In this document: piece after piece, positions 1-11,914 of the stretch
How the letters are laid out: every line of letters begins with the position of its first letter
Numbering within the stretch: position 1 is the stretch's first letter
Assembly: GCF_001194135.2 (NCBI RefSeq)
Contig: NC_068996.1
Location: 15,148,481 to 15,182,544 of the forward strand
DNA: 34,064 bases
From: Octopus bimaculoides
Taxonomy: Eukaryota
Direction: 5' to 3'
The notes under the pieces: generated by a model
Told to the model about the DNA's origin: nothing
The model's database searches: none
Seen by the model: only the letters and a program-made list of their open reading frames with translations
Program-made: the position numbers and the translations under genes

Positions 1-222
<222 letters not shown>

Positions 223-2321
223 TCACTATTTTCACTATCACCTTCTTTCAATTCTGTTTCCATTTCTTGCCGAGTGTCTTCCTGACACCTAGGACAGAGA
301 AATGCACTGTATACATTTATAGGTCATTAAAATAAACATTCCCGATTGTTCTTTCATAAAGTAATGTGACAGAGAAAAATGGGAAGAAACACAGAGAAAA
401 AGGAAAAAAACAAAAAAAAAACGAAGAAGTAAACAAAGGAAATAAAGGGAAAAAAAGGAAAGAAAATTCAGTGAAAATTCTCTTCTCTATACGTGTAACG
501 TACAAGTTCAGACAATCTCCTGTACTTTCTGCATGGATGGTTAACCAGGGATCATTCTTAAATAATTTCCAGTTCCTTTTTTGATCATTCCAAGTGTTCC
601 TACAATCACTGGTGTTGTAACTGTCTTGAGATGCCACATCTTTTCGATTTCGATTAGCAAATCTTTATATTTCCCGAGATATTATGATCACAACATATAC
701 TCATGTCAATCAATAAGCAGACTTTATTGTTTTGGTCTTTCACAGCAATATCTGGTCTGCTTGCTTTGATGGTCTGGTCTGTACATTCTGGGAAGTCCCA
801 AAGGATCGTTACATTTTCTCCCTCACTTACAGCCTCAGGGTAATGCTTGAACCATTTGTCAGTAGTTTTGATTTTATAATGCCAACGAATTATCCAATGT
901 AGATACTGACCAACTCTGTCATGTCTTGATTTGTACTCTACAGGCGCTAAAACCTTACACCCAGATATTAAGTGGTCCGCTGTTTCAATCTCATCGTTGC
1001 AGTATCGGCACTTTGGATCAACACAACTTGTCATCACATTAACTTGATAGTTCCGGGTCAATAAGCTCTGATCTTGAGCAACCAAGTTGAAGCCTTCACT
1101 ATCTGCCTTTAGCCCTGAACTCTGTACCCACTAATGGGTGTGCTTCTGGTCTACGTCAGCTTGTTTGCTATGGGCCACATATTTGCCATGTAGAGGTTTT
1201 TATTCCCATCTATCAACCAACCGTTGAAACGTATTTTGCTTTGCTATTGATTTCACCTTCTTTGCAACTACAATTGCTGCACTTTCTTCATGCTGTTCAC
1301 TTGAAAATATTTTGTTCTCCTTCATAACAGAATGAATCTTCTTACGTCTTTTATGGTTTTCAACGAGCTTTAGCATCCAGTCATTAGATGTTTCAAGATA
1401 TTTTGCCAGTCCAATTGTTATAGTTTTGTAAGAGATTTCATATTGGATCAAGCCTCAACCTCCTTGAGCTCTGGGTAGGTAAAGATGATCTGCGTCTGCC
1501 TTTGGGTGATGCATCTAATTGCAAGTCAGCAGCTTATGGATTTTCCTGTCAGTTCCAGTTCAACACATTGAAACTATAAATAAATACCGGAGCTGCAAAG
1601 GTATTTATAGTTAACACCTTGTTACATGCATTTAACTCGGATTTTAAGACTGCTGGAACTCTCCTGTAACATTCCTTCCTAATCTTCTCATTCATGCTTG
1701 CATGCTGAATGCCGGAGCCCTCATTTATTTCGAGGTATTTGTAAATTTGTTCCTGCTCGAGTACTTCTGTAACTGTGTCAACATCTAACACCACTGAATG
1801 TGAGCTCTTCAATTTCCCTTTCTGGAAAATGGCCTTGGCACATGTATCAAGATCAAATTCCATCCCAATGTCATCACTGAATGCTTTCGCAATACATAGT
1901 AGCTCTTCAAGCTCATTATCGTCTTTGCCGTATTGTTTTAAATCATCCATATAAAAGAGATGACTTATTTTCATGAAGCCAATTTTATATCCATACCCTG
2001 TTTTGCGAAGTTCACTTGTAAGAGGTATTATTAGGGCTATGCAAAAAATTAAAGTGAAAGTGAGTCACCTTGGAAAATGCCGCAGTTGATATTAATATTT
2101 TTGTGGTCCGTACTCCATTAAAGTGGTATTATTGGAGATTCGTATTCCACATTGATATGTTGTGCTTCAGGAAGTTTGAAATCGTAGGAGAAATCTTGAA
2201 GATATCCAACGACTTCAAGATCTATGAATGCGGTGTACTGTCAAAAGCCTTCTTATAATCAATTCATGAGGAACTGAGATTTCTGCGTTTGTTATGACAG
2301 TTCTCAAGTATCATGCGATTG
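223..2321 (-). mobile_element. 5'-truncated, decayed R4/Dong-like non-LTR retrotransposon (RT + CCHC knuckle + restriction-like endonuclease)
   Basis: Minus-strand translation gives, in order: IDYKKAFDSTPHS (~2225-2265), GIFQGDSLS (~2056-2082), ISHLFYMDDLKQYGK (ORF 1549-1974), CRYC..H..C and RHDRVGQYLHW, RPDI..LIDMS (PD..D nuclease motif, ORF 654-1085), then KYKDLLIEIEKMWHLKTVTTPVIVGTLGMIKK (~575-670). Many stops and frameshifts. Flanked by (TAA)n on both sides. Confidence 0.93.
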
Positions 2322-2380
<59 letters not shown>

Positions 2381-2385
2381 CATCG

Positions 2386-2444
<59 letters not shown>

Positions 2445-2445
2445 G
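2322..2445. repeat. (ATT)n followed by (GTT)n microsatellite
   Basis: Direct reading; abuts the LINE 5' truncation point. Confidence 0.98.
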
Positions 2446-2545
2446 ATGCTGTTCTTATTATCAGTATGAGCTGTTCAGCTCCGAAGTCGGTGTAATCGAC
2501 TTTCTCCCTCCCTCGAAATTATTGTCTTTGTACCAAAATCTGAAA

Positions 2546-2546
2546 G

Positions 2547-2592
<46 letters not shown>

Positions 2593-2634
2593 GCTGTTGT
2601 TGCTGCTGCTGCTGCTGCCACCACCACCACCACA

Positions 2635-2688
<54 letters not shown>

Positions 2689-2704
2689 GCTACTACTGCT
2701 ACTA
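2546..2704. repeat. Compound (CTA)n/(CTG)n/(CCA)n microsatellite
   Basis: Direct reading. Confidence 0.95.
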
Positions 2705-3566
2705 TCATTTATAGTTGTAGTTGTAATAGTAGTAGCAGCAGCATCCTTATTGTTATTACTATTAACACATTTGCTTTCTGTGCTTTTCTCATTCGCACCC
2801 ATCTCCCTTACACCCATATAAAATTCCAATCACAAATGACTGTAATATTCCTCTGGTGGTGCCGAAAAGTGAGATACCTCTATTTGGTCGGTCTCTCTTT
2901 ACAAGTTTTAGTAATCAAATCATTGCTTACATCTTTAAATAATTTTTTTAAAAATACCGAAAAAATATATATATTGCGTAATATAATAAAATTTTAAAAA
3001 AACATAAAAATAGCTGGAATTGTCACAGTTTGAACGTGTTTGATCATGGATCTGCTTATCCAGATCCGACGTACTATACAACAACATTTACAACAATTTC
3101 AATAATAGAATTTGTTTTATAGTGTTATTCGCTTTTCTTACTTCCGTTTCTTCCCGTCAATATCTCTTTACAATTCTCACCGTGCTTTGTGTGTTCCGTT
3201 GAAGAGGATGATCTTCGACAATGACCTCTGTTTCTTTTTCTCCTCTTTTTTATTTTTCTATTTTTCGACACACCGGTTTATTTAGATTTGACACATAGTG
3301 AATCACTCGAGATTGGCAAAGAATTGAATTCCATATTTTGCACCATTCATCTAGAATCTGAAAAAAGAAAAATTTTTTTTTTTCATCCAAAAAATACAAA
3401 TTAATCAAAATTTCCAAAGCTGTCAAGGCTTCAAAAAGCCTTCCTTTTGGGAATTCTAATGCAATTGTCTAAAGAATAATTCCTACCAAACAAAAAGAAA
3501 GGGGAAGAAAAGACAATATGTGTTTCAACGTGCTATTGTGTATATGAGATATGTCTGCGAATACAT

Positions 3567-3601
3567 GCATACATACATACATATATACATACATACATAC
3601 A

Positions 3602-3635
<34 letters not shown>
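3567..3635. repeat. (TACA)n + (TG)n microsatellite
   Basis: Direct reading. Confidence 0.95.
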
Positions 3636-3639
<4 letters not shown>

Positions 3640-3886
3640 CACATACGTGCGTAATATTATTTTCTTCGGAATATTCTTGACAAAAAGAAAGGTTTGACTT
3701 CGTAAGGAAGCAAAGACATTTTTAACGCAGTGAAAACTTGTTCATCTTCTCCCAGTAACAACATATGATTCTTGATTGGAGTAAGGCAAGATTGAAAAGG
3801 TTGACATAATTCAATCTAATACACCAAAATTACCTCAACTCTTTATTCCTAAAAAGTGAGAAGGGTATGTTTATTATTAATAGTAT

Positions 3887-4418
3887 TATTATTGAGTGCA
3901 TGCTATGAAAGTGACACTGGGGTAAAATATACAAAGCCCAATATACCCAACATGACTGCCCGACTGATAAGGGTACACAACCATATGTGCACGACACAAT
4001 AATCTCATATCAAGATAAACAGCGCATGACCTTGCAGGTGGATCCCAGTTAGAATTTTCTTCAGGTCGGGTAGGCCATCCCGTTCAAAAGGTTCATTAAT
4101 AAGGTTTGTTTGAGGATGTTGAGATGAAATATTCAAACGCCAAGGACTTCCACTCAGCACATGGCTATGATGCTCCCCCACTACTTCTACTCGTGATCAG
4201 AGATGTACATATTGTCAGCCACCAAGGGACATGCTCAACTGGTTAAGGTTAAACAACTGACAAGCAAATCTGTGGTATTAAGCAGAATATTTACTGTAGG
4301 CCATCTTTTAGACCAAGACAAAACAATGTACATGATAACACTTCCAATCAGTTAAGATGAGAAACCATGAGAACCAGTACCTGGTATTGCATAAGGGTAT
4401 TGTTCTGCATCAGGGCAT
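3887..4418 (-). mobile_element. ~530-bp interspersed repeat, copy 1 (probable non-autonomous retroposon with a (TAA)n tail)
   Basis: Colinear and highly similar to 7595-8123 (shared blocks include ctcatatcaagataaaca, gttagaattttcttcaggtcg and cagccaccaagggacatgctcaactggttaagg). Both copies begin with tattattgagtg, which reads cactcaataata on the minus strand. Confidence 0.85.
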
Positions 4419-4431
4419 TAGTGCTGCGTCT

Positions 4432-4432
4432 A

Positions 4433-4524
<92 letters not shown>
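4432..4524. repeat. (ATT)n(AGT)n microsatellite
   Basis: Direct reading. Confidence 0.95.
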
Positions 4525-4525
<1 letters not shown>

Positions 4526-4740
4526 AGGCGGCAATCTGTCAGGACCGTGAGCCCGCCGGGCAAAATGCTTGGCGGCTTTTCATCCGTAGTTAGGTTCTGA
4601 GTTCATAAGTCCATCGAGGTTGAATTTGCCCTTAATCCGTTCGGGATCGATGAAATAAGTACCAACTATAAGATGCGGTCAATTTTATTTATTTACCGCC
4701 CCCACTCCCTCAAAATACTCGGCCTTGTCCCTATATTATA
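4525..4740 (+). mobile_element. tRNA-derived SINE, family A, diverged copy
   Basis: aaggcggc...aaaatgctt...ttctgagttca...gatcgatgaaataagtacc matches the reverse complement of the copies at 14821, 19641, 19873 and 25351. Confidence 0.8.
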
Positions 4741-4993
4741 AAGGCTTATTGTTACCGTTATTGTTTTGTTTTTTTTGTATTTTTTATCTGTTGCTGTTGC
4801 TATCATTATTATTATTACTGATACATGTACAGTTTTTTTGTTTCTCTTTTGTATTGCAATGAATCTTGTTTAGAACACTCTTAGATTCGTTGCTTGTTAA
4901 ATGTGGTGTTGTAAAAGTACGTTAAATATTTTTGTATTGCGCTGTTACTAAATTGACAAAAATTTTATGGAGTTAGCCAGTTTCTTTTATTTT

Positions 4994-5724
4994 NNNNNNN
5001 NNNNNNNNNNNNNNNNNNNNNNNNNNNNNNNNNNNNNNNNNNNNNNNNNNNNNNNNNNNNNNNNNNNNNNNNNNNNNNNNNNNNNNNNNNNNNNNNNNNN
5101 NNNNNNNNNNNNNNNNNNNNNNNNNNNNNNNNNNNNNNNNNNNNNNNNNNNNNNNNNNNNNNNNNNNNNNNNNNNNNNNNNNNNNNNNNNNNNNNNNNNN
5201 NNNNNNNNNNNNNNNNNNNNNNNNNNNNNNNNNNNNNNNNNNNNNNNNNNNNNNNNNNNNNNNNNNNNNNNNNNNNNNNNNNNNNNNNNNNNNNNNNNNN
5301 NNNNNNNNNNNNNNNNNNNNNNNNNNNNNNNNNNNNNNNNNNNNNNNNNNNNNNNNNNNNNNNNNNNNNNNNNNNNNNNNNNNNNNNNNNNNNNNNNNNN
5401 NNNNNNNNNNNNNNNNNNNNNNNNNNNNNNNNNNNNNNNNNNNNNNNNNNNNNNNNNNNNNNNNNNNNNNNNNNNNNNNNNNNNNNNNNNNNNNNNNNNN
5501 NNNNNNNNNNNNNNNNNNNNNNNNNNNNNNNNNNNNNNNNNNNNNNNNNNNNNNNNNNNNNNNNNNNNNNNNNNNNNNNNNNNNNNNNNNNNNNNNNNNN
5601 NNNNNNNNNNNNNNNNNNNNNNNNNNNNNNNNNNNNNNNNNNNNNNNNNNNNNNNNNNNNNNNNNNNNNNNNNNNNNNNNNNNNNNNNNNNNNNNNNNNN
5701 NNNNNNNNNNNNNNNNNNNNNNNN
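4994..5724. other. Assembly gap (N run)
   Basis: Ns. Other large gaps: 9645-9994, 11915-12014, 15079-15366, 17704-17969, 20423-20990, 28556-29236, 29750-30332. Confidence 1.
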
Positions 5725-6671
5725 GACGGCAATACAATATCGTTACAACCACTGCTCACATCGTCGCCGCTACATTAAATACCGGCAACGGTTACAGCAA
5801 GGGCAATAACATTTGGTGGATGGTTCTGATAATTTACTAGGAGTTTGTCTGGTTCAGACATTTGGAATGAGGGAATGAGTAAGAGACCCAGAAATGAGAT
5901 GAGAAAAAGCCTTCCCATAAAAGGTCGCACTGAGGTGATGCCCGAATAGATCCCTTCCGTTATGGATTACTGCATAGCTGCCATGTTTTGACTTGGCTTT
6001 ACCAGATAAAATGAAGCGTCTGCACATTCGTTTCTTGTTGAAGTGCTGCATTTCCATTGGCCAGAACGTCAACTGCTGTCACTATTATTTACACGGAAAC
6101 TCTGTGTGACATACAAGCTGATGCGCTGACTTGCGTTAATGCTACATCTGCAAATATTCCTAGAGAGTTAGTAAGTGTAGTCTCCCCTTTTCAGGCATGA
6201 TTTCTCTAAGCTCATCTCATTGACGAGGCAACAGCATTGGAACAGACTGAAACCAAAACAAGACTCCTAGAATCTGTAGTTTGAGTTGGTGGGGGGGGGG
6301 CAACAGATTCGTTCACGAAGACACTCTATAGTGGAATAGTGTAAGGGAAGGATGACGACGTTCTCGAAACAATCTAGGTGTCAACGAAAATTAGCTGGTT
6401 GGTCTGTACTGGAGACCTTTCGACATAGAAACTTTTATATCTTTGTAAAATCCCTGCTCTGACAATACTACCGGATGTAGCACTGGATTTCTGGAGTTAT
6501 TCTACGGGTGCAGAAGTGTTTTGCGCAGTCATCCTGTCCTGAATAAGATGACTATAGCGACAAAAGTATCCTTGTCACAGTCGTACATCGTACTGATTTG
6601 TGGAGTTTTGTCAAACGGCTATTGTCAAAATGAAGGTCGGACCTGTTTGTTAGCAGATTCCGTCACAAAGG

Positions 6672-6725
6672 TTGGTTTGCTGCTCCTTTTTGGTTTGCTG
6701 CCCCTTTTTGGTTTACTGCCCTTTT
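6672..6725. repeat. 18-bp minisatellite, 3 units (ttggtttgctgcYccttt)
   Basis: Units at 6672-6689, 6690-6707 and 6708-6725 differ by 1-2 substitutions. Confidence 0.9.
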
Positions 6726-6848
6726 TTGTCAAGGACAGGCAGTGTTCCAATGTTATGTAGCTTTGGCGAAAGAGGTGTGATGGACGAAACTGAAATTAGT
6801 AATGACATATACTTTACCCTTAGCCCCTTATATATATANNNNNNNNNN

Positions 6849-7462
6849 TATATATTATAAAGTAAGAGCAGGTAAAATTACATCAAAAAATCACATAAGA
6901 CATATGTCCATAGTATAAATAATATTGTATTAATAGATAAATATATATAAAGTATGATTATTTAAAACGTTTGAGATATCTTACGATTGTTTCCTGAATG
7001 TATTACCCTTCAAAATGAAATCCAAAATTGATAATCATTATCAGGTAATACATCCACTCGTCAAAGAAAAGGATGAATTTCCATGTAGTCAAAACGTATG
7101 ATAAAGATGTTGTTTAAAAAAGGTGTTGTTTAAAGGTGTTGGACCAATGCACATCTATACCAGTAACTTTTTTAAACAACATCCTTATCATGCGGTTTTA
7201 AATAGCATATCTCTCATTCGTTTGACTATACAGAAATTCAATATATTCTCTGACGAGTGGATGTATTACCTAATAATTATTATCAAATTTGGATTTCATT
7301 GTCAGGGGCAATACGTTCATGACACGCTCGTAAGATATCTCAAACCTTTAAAATAATCATACTTCATATATTTATTTATTAATACAATACTATTTATATT
7401 ATGGACGTGTATCTTATTTGATTTTTGATCTAATTTTTCCTGCTCTTAATTTATAATATATA
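6849..7462. mobile_element. Foldback/MITE-like element: near-complete ~610-bp palindrome in a TA context
   Basis: Left arm 6849-7122 is the imperfect reverse complement of right arm 7167-7462. It includes a perfect 21-bp match, aggtaatacatccactcgtca (7043-7063) vs 7251-7271, and matching ends tatatattataa / ttataatatata. Confidence 0.88.
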
Positions 7463-7537
7463 CGTACATACATACATACATACATACATACATACATACA
7501 TACATACACACACACACATACATACATACATACATAC

Positions 7538-7569
<32 letters not shown>

Positions 7570-7594
7570 TTGTGTGTTTGTGTGTGTGTGTGTG
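7463..7594. repeat. (TACA)n/(CA)n/(TG)n compound microsatellite
   Basis: Direct reading. Confidence 0.95.
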
Positions 7595-8123
7595 TATTAT
7601 TGAGTGAGAGATCAGCACGCGGCATCAAAATGAAGCGGAGGTACAAATATACGAAGCCCAGTATACCCATCATAACTACCCGTCTGATAAGGGTACACCA
7701 GGCACATGCATCACAACCATATGTGCGCGACATGGTGATCTCATATCAAGATAAACATTACATGAACTTTGAAGGCGGGGCCGAGTTAGAATTTTCTTCA
7801 GGTCGAGTAGCCCATCCCGCTCAAAAGGTCCCTGGATAAGGTTTGTTTAAGGATGTTGAGCGAAACCCCAAAGAATTCTTCTCAACACATGGCTATGATG
7901 CTCCCCCACTACTTTTGCTCATGATCAGAGATGCACATATTGTCAGCCACCAAGGGACATGCTCAACTGGTTAAGGTCAAATAACTGACGAAGCAATTCT
8001 GTGGTATTGAGCTGAATATTTACTGCAGCCCATCTTTTCTACCAAGACAAGACAATGTACATGATAACATTTCAAATCACTTAAGATCAGAAGCCACGAG
8101 AGCCACTGCCTGGTACTGCATCA
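7595..8123 (-). mobile_element. ~530-bp interspersed repeat, copy 2
   Basis: Colinear with 3887-4418; sits inside a (TG)n array. Confidence 0.85.
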
Positions 8124-8327
8124 TGTGTGTGTGTGTGTATGTGTGTATGTATGCATAGATGGATGGATGGATGGATGGATGGATGGATGGATGAATGTAA
8201 GTATGTATAAAAAGAGAGAGAGGGAGAGAGAGTACGAGAAAGCGAGATTGATATATATATAGACAGAGAGAGAGAAAGGGAGAGAGGGGAAGATAGACAG
8301 ACAAACAGATAAATAAATAGATAGATG

Positions 8328-8378
<51 letters not shown>

Positions 8379-8380
8379 TA
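8124..8380. repeat. Compound (TG)n,(GGAT)n,(GA)n,(GATA)n microsatellite
   Basis: Direct reading. Confidence 0.92.
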
Positions 8381-9994
8381 CTCCGTAGAACCTATTAATT
8401 CGATGTACGTTTATTTGGTTCATTTTGTTTGAGATTAAGATGCAAAATATCATCACTTCCTCTTCGTGTTATCAGTCACTCTTATATTTTGCTCATCTCT
8501 AGTTTATCAAATAATATTCCGTTTGATAAAACAGACATAAACAAAATGAAAGACATTTAATACGATTTTGGTACGTATATCCAATGACAGTTAATCTACA
8601 GTCTTGACAGATATAAATCTAAGTTTTGTTACTGTTTATTAATAGAGAAATTGATGGACTTTTGGTGGGTGGGGGATGAAAATTTCGTAATGGGAGACAT
8701 GCTTGTTGAATGTAACTGTTTGTTTACTCGTGTGTTTGATCCTAAATCTCGAACAGTTCAATACCAAATGACTTTTAAGCGCCCTGATATTTCGTATACA
8801 GATTTCGCTATGGATGTTATGAACTTACCACATTTATTTCATACAGTAAACGCTTTCAATATACCTAATCACTAATCCAAAAAAAAAATTGGACTAACCA
8901 AAATGTAGCATTAATTATAGAATCTTTAATGATATGATTATTGGAATGGAAGTTTTGTATTATCATTGTAATCGCTCGTAAAGTATTTACGCAAAATGCT
9001 TTCGTAAGGGTCAGATTTTTTTATTTTAGTTTGCTTAATCTGTCAGTGTTAAAACTAGCCGATCCAAATACAGTCGAAAATCTTGATAGCTATCCAGTTG
9101 GTTGAATTAGCTGCTTGTCATAGACTCGTCTCGTTTTTGTCATTCTGATAATCAAAATGCTTATATATAAACAGAAGGACAAATGTCGCTATGCTTGTTC
9201 TTCGAACAGAAATTCAGATTTGGATCACGGAGGATAAAATATGCTCACAGTTAACTGAGATGGCTGACATCTTGCACTTTCAATGTTTTCGTGATATTGA
9301 GGCTAACGAATAAAAATAAAATATAAAAAAGCTGTTTTTACACTACCACAAGATGATCGAAACTGTCATAAATGTTGTTCCCCGGCATAAAAAAAAGACA
9401 CCATGTAATTAAGAATTGAAATTAACCTAGTTAATGCTATTCGGTACCCTACCAATATACCACCTCCTGGGAGTATATAACAAGGTGAAACGCATGAAAG
9501 TGAAACGTGATCTCGAAATGATTTGAACCTGATAAGACACAGAAATGACACTCTAACGGCTTCAACAATTTGCATCCGAAAGCAAGCGCGCGCATATGTG
9601 TCTGTTTCTATGCATGTATGTGCATATATATATATATATATATANNNNNNNNNNNNNNNNNNNNNNNNNNNNNNNNNNNNNNNNNNNNNNNNNNNNNNNN
9701 NNNNNNNNNNNNNNNNNNNNNNNNNNNNNNNNNNNNNNNNNNNNNNNNNNNNNNNNNNNNNNNNNNNNNNNNNNNNNNNNNNNNNNNNNNNNNNNNNNNN
9801 NNNNNNNNNNNNNNNNNNNNNNNNNNNNNNNNNNNNNNNNNNNNNNNNNNNNNNNNNNNNNNNNNNNNNNNNNNNNNNNNNNNNNNNNNNNNNNNNNNNN
9901 NNNNNNNNNNNNNNNNNNNNNNNNNNNNNNNNNNNNNNNNNNNNNNNNNNNNNNNNNNNNNNNNNNNNNNNNNNNNNNNNNNNNNNNNNNNNNN

Positions 9995-10038
<44 letters not shown>

Positions 10039-10526
10039 TGTGTGCAAGTATGTGCGTATGTGTATATATATTTCCGTATGTACGTGTGTATGTATGTGTG
10101 TGGTTACAACTTTTTATGTGTTTATCGAGGGCTAAGTCTGCGGGGTAAAGAGTGGCTATAAGAGGGATCCGGGTGAACTGATATGGCGATATTGATGCAA
10201 AAAAAACCCCACAAAGAAACAAATAAATAAACACGATTGAGTTTGATATATAAAGTATACAAACATAGAGAGAAATAAAGCTTTAAATATTCCGAAGATG
10301 TTTTTTCCCTCTAGAAACAGATGTCGCGCCTGAAATACGAAGTCTTCTCTCTTTCAATTTGTATATCTTTGTACTGCATGTAAATCAGTAATGTAAATAT
10401 ATAAATATTCGTATGCCTATACATGGATGTACATCTGAATATTTTTAGTTATTGGTTCTCTTTATTTACATGTATATGTGTATGTATATTTTGTATAATT
10501 GACCCAAGTGTGTTTATTTTCTAGAT

Positions 10527-10762
10527 GTGGAGGCACTTGGCTTAGTGGTTAGGGTTTTGGACTCATGATTGTAAGACTGTGGTTTCGATTCCTGGACCGT
10601 GCGATGTGTTGCGTTCTTGAGTAAAACGCTCCATGTGCCACTTCGCTGGCGAAAATGAATAATACCACAACGGATCGGGGTCCCGCCCAAGTAGGGAATA
10701 TATGCGCCAGTGAAACCGGGAAACCGGCCGTTATGAACCTGGCATGACTCGAGAAATAAACA
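10527..10762 (+). mobile_element. tRNA-derived SINE, family B (diverged, internally deleted)
   Basis: gtggaggcac-TGGCTTAGTGG (A box) ... GGTTTCGATTCC (B box), followed by a CORE-like gtgttgcgttcttgagtaaaacgct segment. Confidence 0.75.
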
Positions 10763-10780
10763 TTCATTTTTTTCATGTAT

Positions 10781-10811
<31 letters not shown>

Positions 10812-10893
10812 AGACAGACAGGCAGATAGATAGACAGACATATATATAAATGGATGGATAGATAAACAGATAGATAAACATATATGTAAATGG

Positions 10894-10957
<64 letters not shown>

Positions 10958-10961
<4 letters not shown>

Positions 10962-11544
10962 AATATATGAGTATATGCATATATATGTACATGTATGTAC
11001 ATACCTTCATCTACATGTACATATAGATACATAACTGGGTACATGACGTGGCAAAAGAACATGCACAAAATGATAAACAAGGTACAACAAACAAACGAGC
11101 CACATAGAAACATCTCCTTCATCAGCTGCCACCATTAAAACACCGGTGTTTCGAAGAATTAAGGCAGTACGCATCGTTGAAATGGTTCTTCCCACGAACA
11201 CAAATTAAATTATTTTCGTGGAGGGTAGTGGCGGACGGAAAACAAGACAGGAAAACGAAACGGTGAATAAACAAACAAGCAAAAAGGCTGTACAGCCAGA
11301 CGTGAAGTGTGTATGTATTGAACGCTGTGAAGCACGAACAGGAGGGGCAAAGAAGTACGTGCGAGCTTGGGTAGTCCAAGAACGAAAAGAAATAGCAGCC
11401 GGATGCACGTGACCAGTGCTATGTAAAGAGAAAGAGTAGCAGAGGGAAAGGAAGGGGAGAAAGTAGAATAAAAGTGAGCAACGAGTGGTAGAGAGGGAGA
11501 GAGATAGTAGTAGTAACGGTGAGAGGCGAAGGACGAGCAACAAG

Positions 11545-11577
<33 letters not shown>

Positions 11578-11914
11578 TAGTAGTGACAGGGAGAGGCGAA
11601 GAACAGTAGAGGGAAGAATGAGAGGGGGAGGTAGATATAAAGATAGTCGCGTTAGAAAAATAGTTAAAACTTACTGTATAAAGGTCAACGCGTGCGTTCT
11701 GTCGTGATACAAACAATATATGAGTATATGCATATATATGTACATGTATGTACATACCTTCATCTACATGTACATATAGATACATATAGATACATGTGCT
11801 GGCCTCCTGATAATTAATCGATATTAATTAATATATGACTAATTATCAGATTTTATAATAATATTGTACATATAGATACATAACTGGGTACATGACGTGG
11901 CAAAAGAACATGCA
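10958..11914 (+). repeat. Identical 108-bp direct duplication (10958-11065, repeated at 11711-11914 with an insertion)
   Basis: aaacaatatatgagtatatgc...caaaagaacatgca recurs exactly, split by an insertion bounded by an 18-bp repeat tgtacatatagatacata (11769-11786 and 11865-11882). Confidence 0.9.

Noticed and set aside
5775-5918. Minus-strand 47-aa ORF MGRLFLISFLGLLLIPSFQMSEPDKLLV... with a signal-peptide-like start
   Set aside because: Short, no recognisable mature peptide or processing sites, and compatible with chance in T-rich DNA.
6345-6385. ggatgacgacgttctcgaaac, resembling a hammerhead core
   Set aside because: The core is not CUGANGA, and no convincing stem I or II pairing exists.
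11110-11160. 14-bp palindrome aaacaccggtgttt near a minus-strand CUGAUGA (type II hammerhead-like order)
   Set aside because: Stem I cannot form between the cleavage triplet and the core; noted only as a palindrome.
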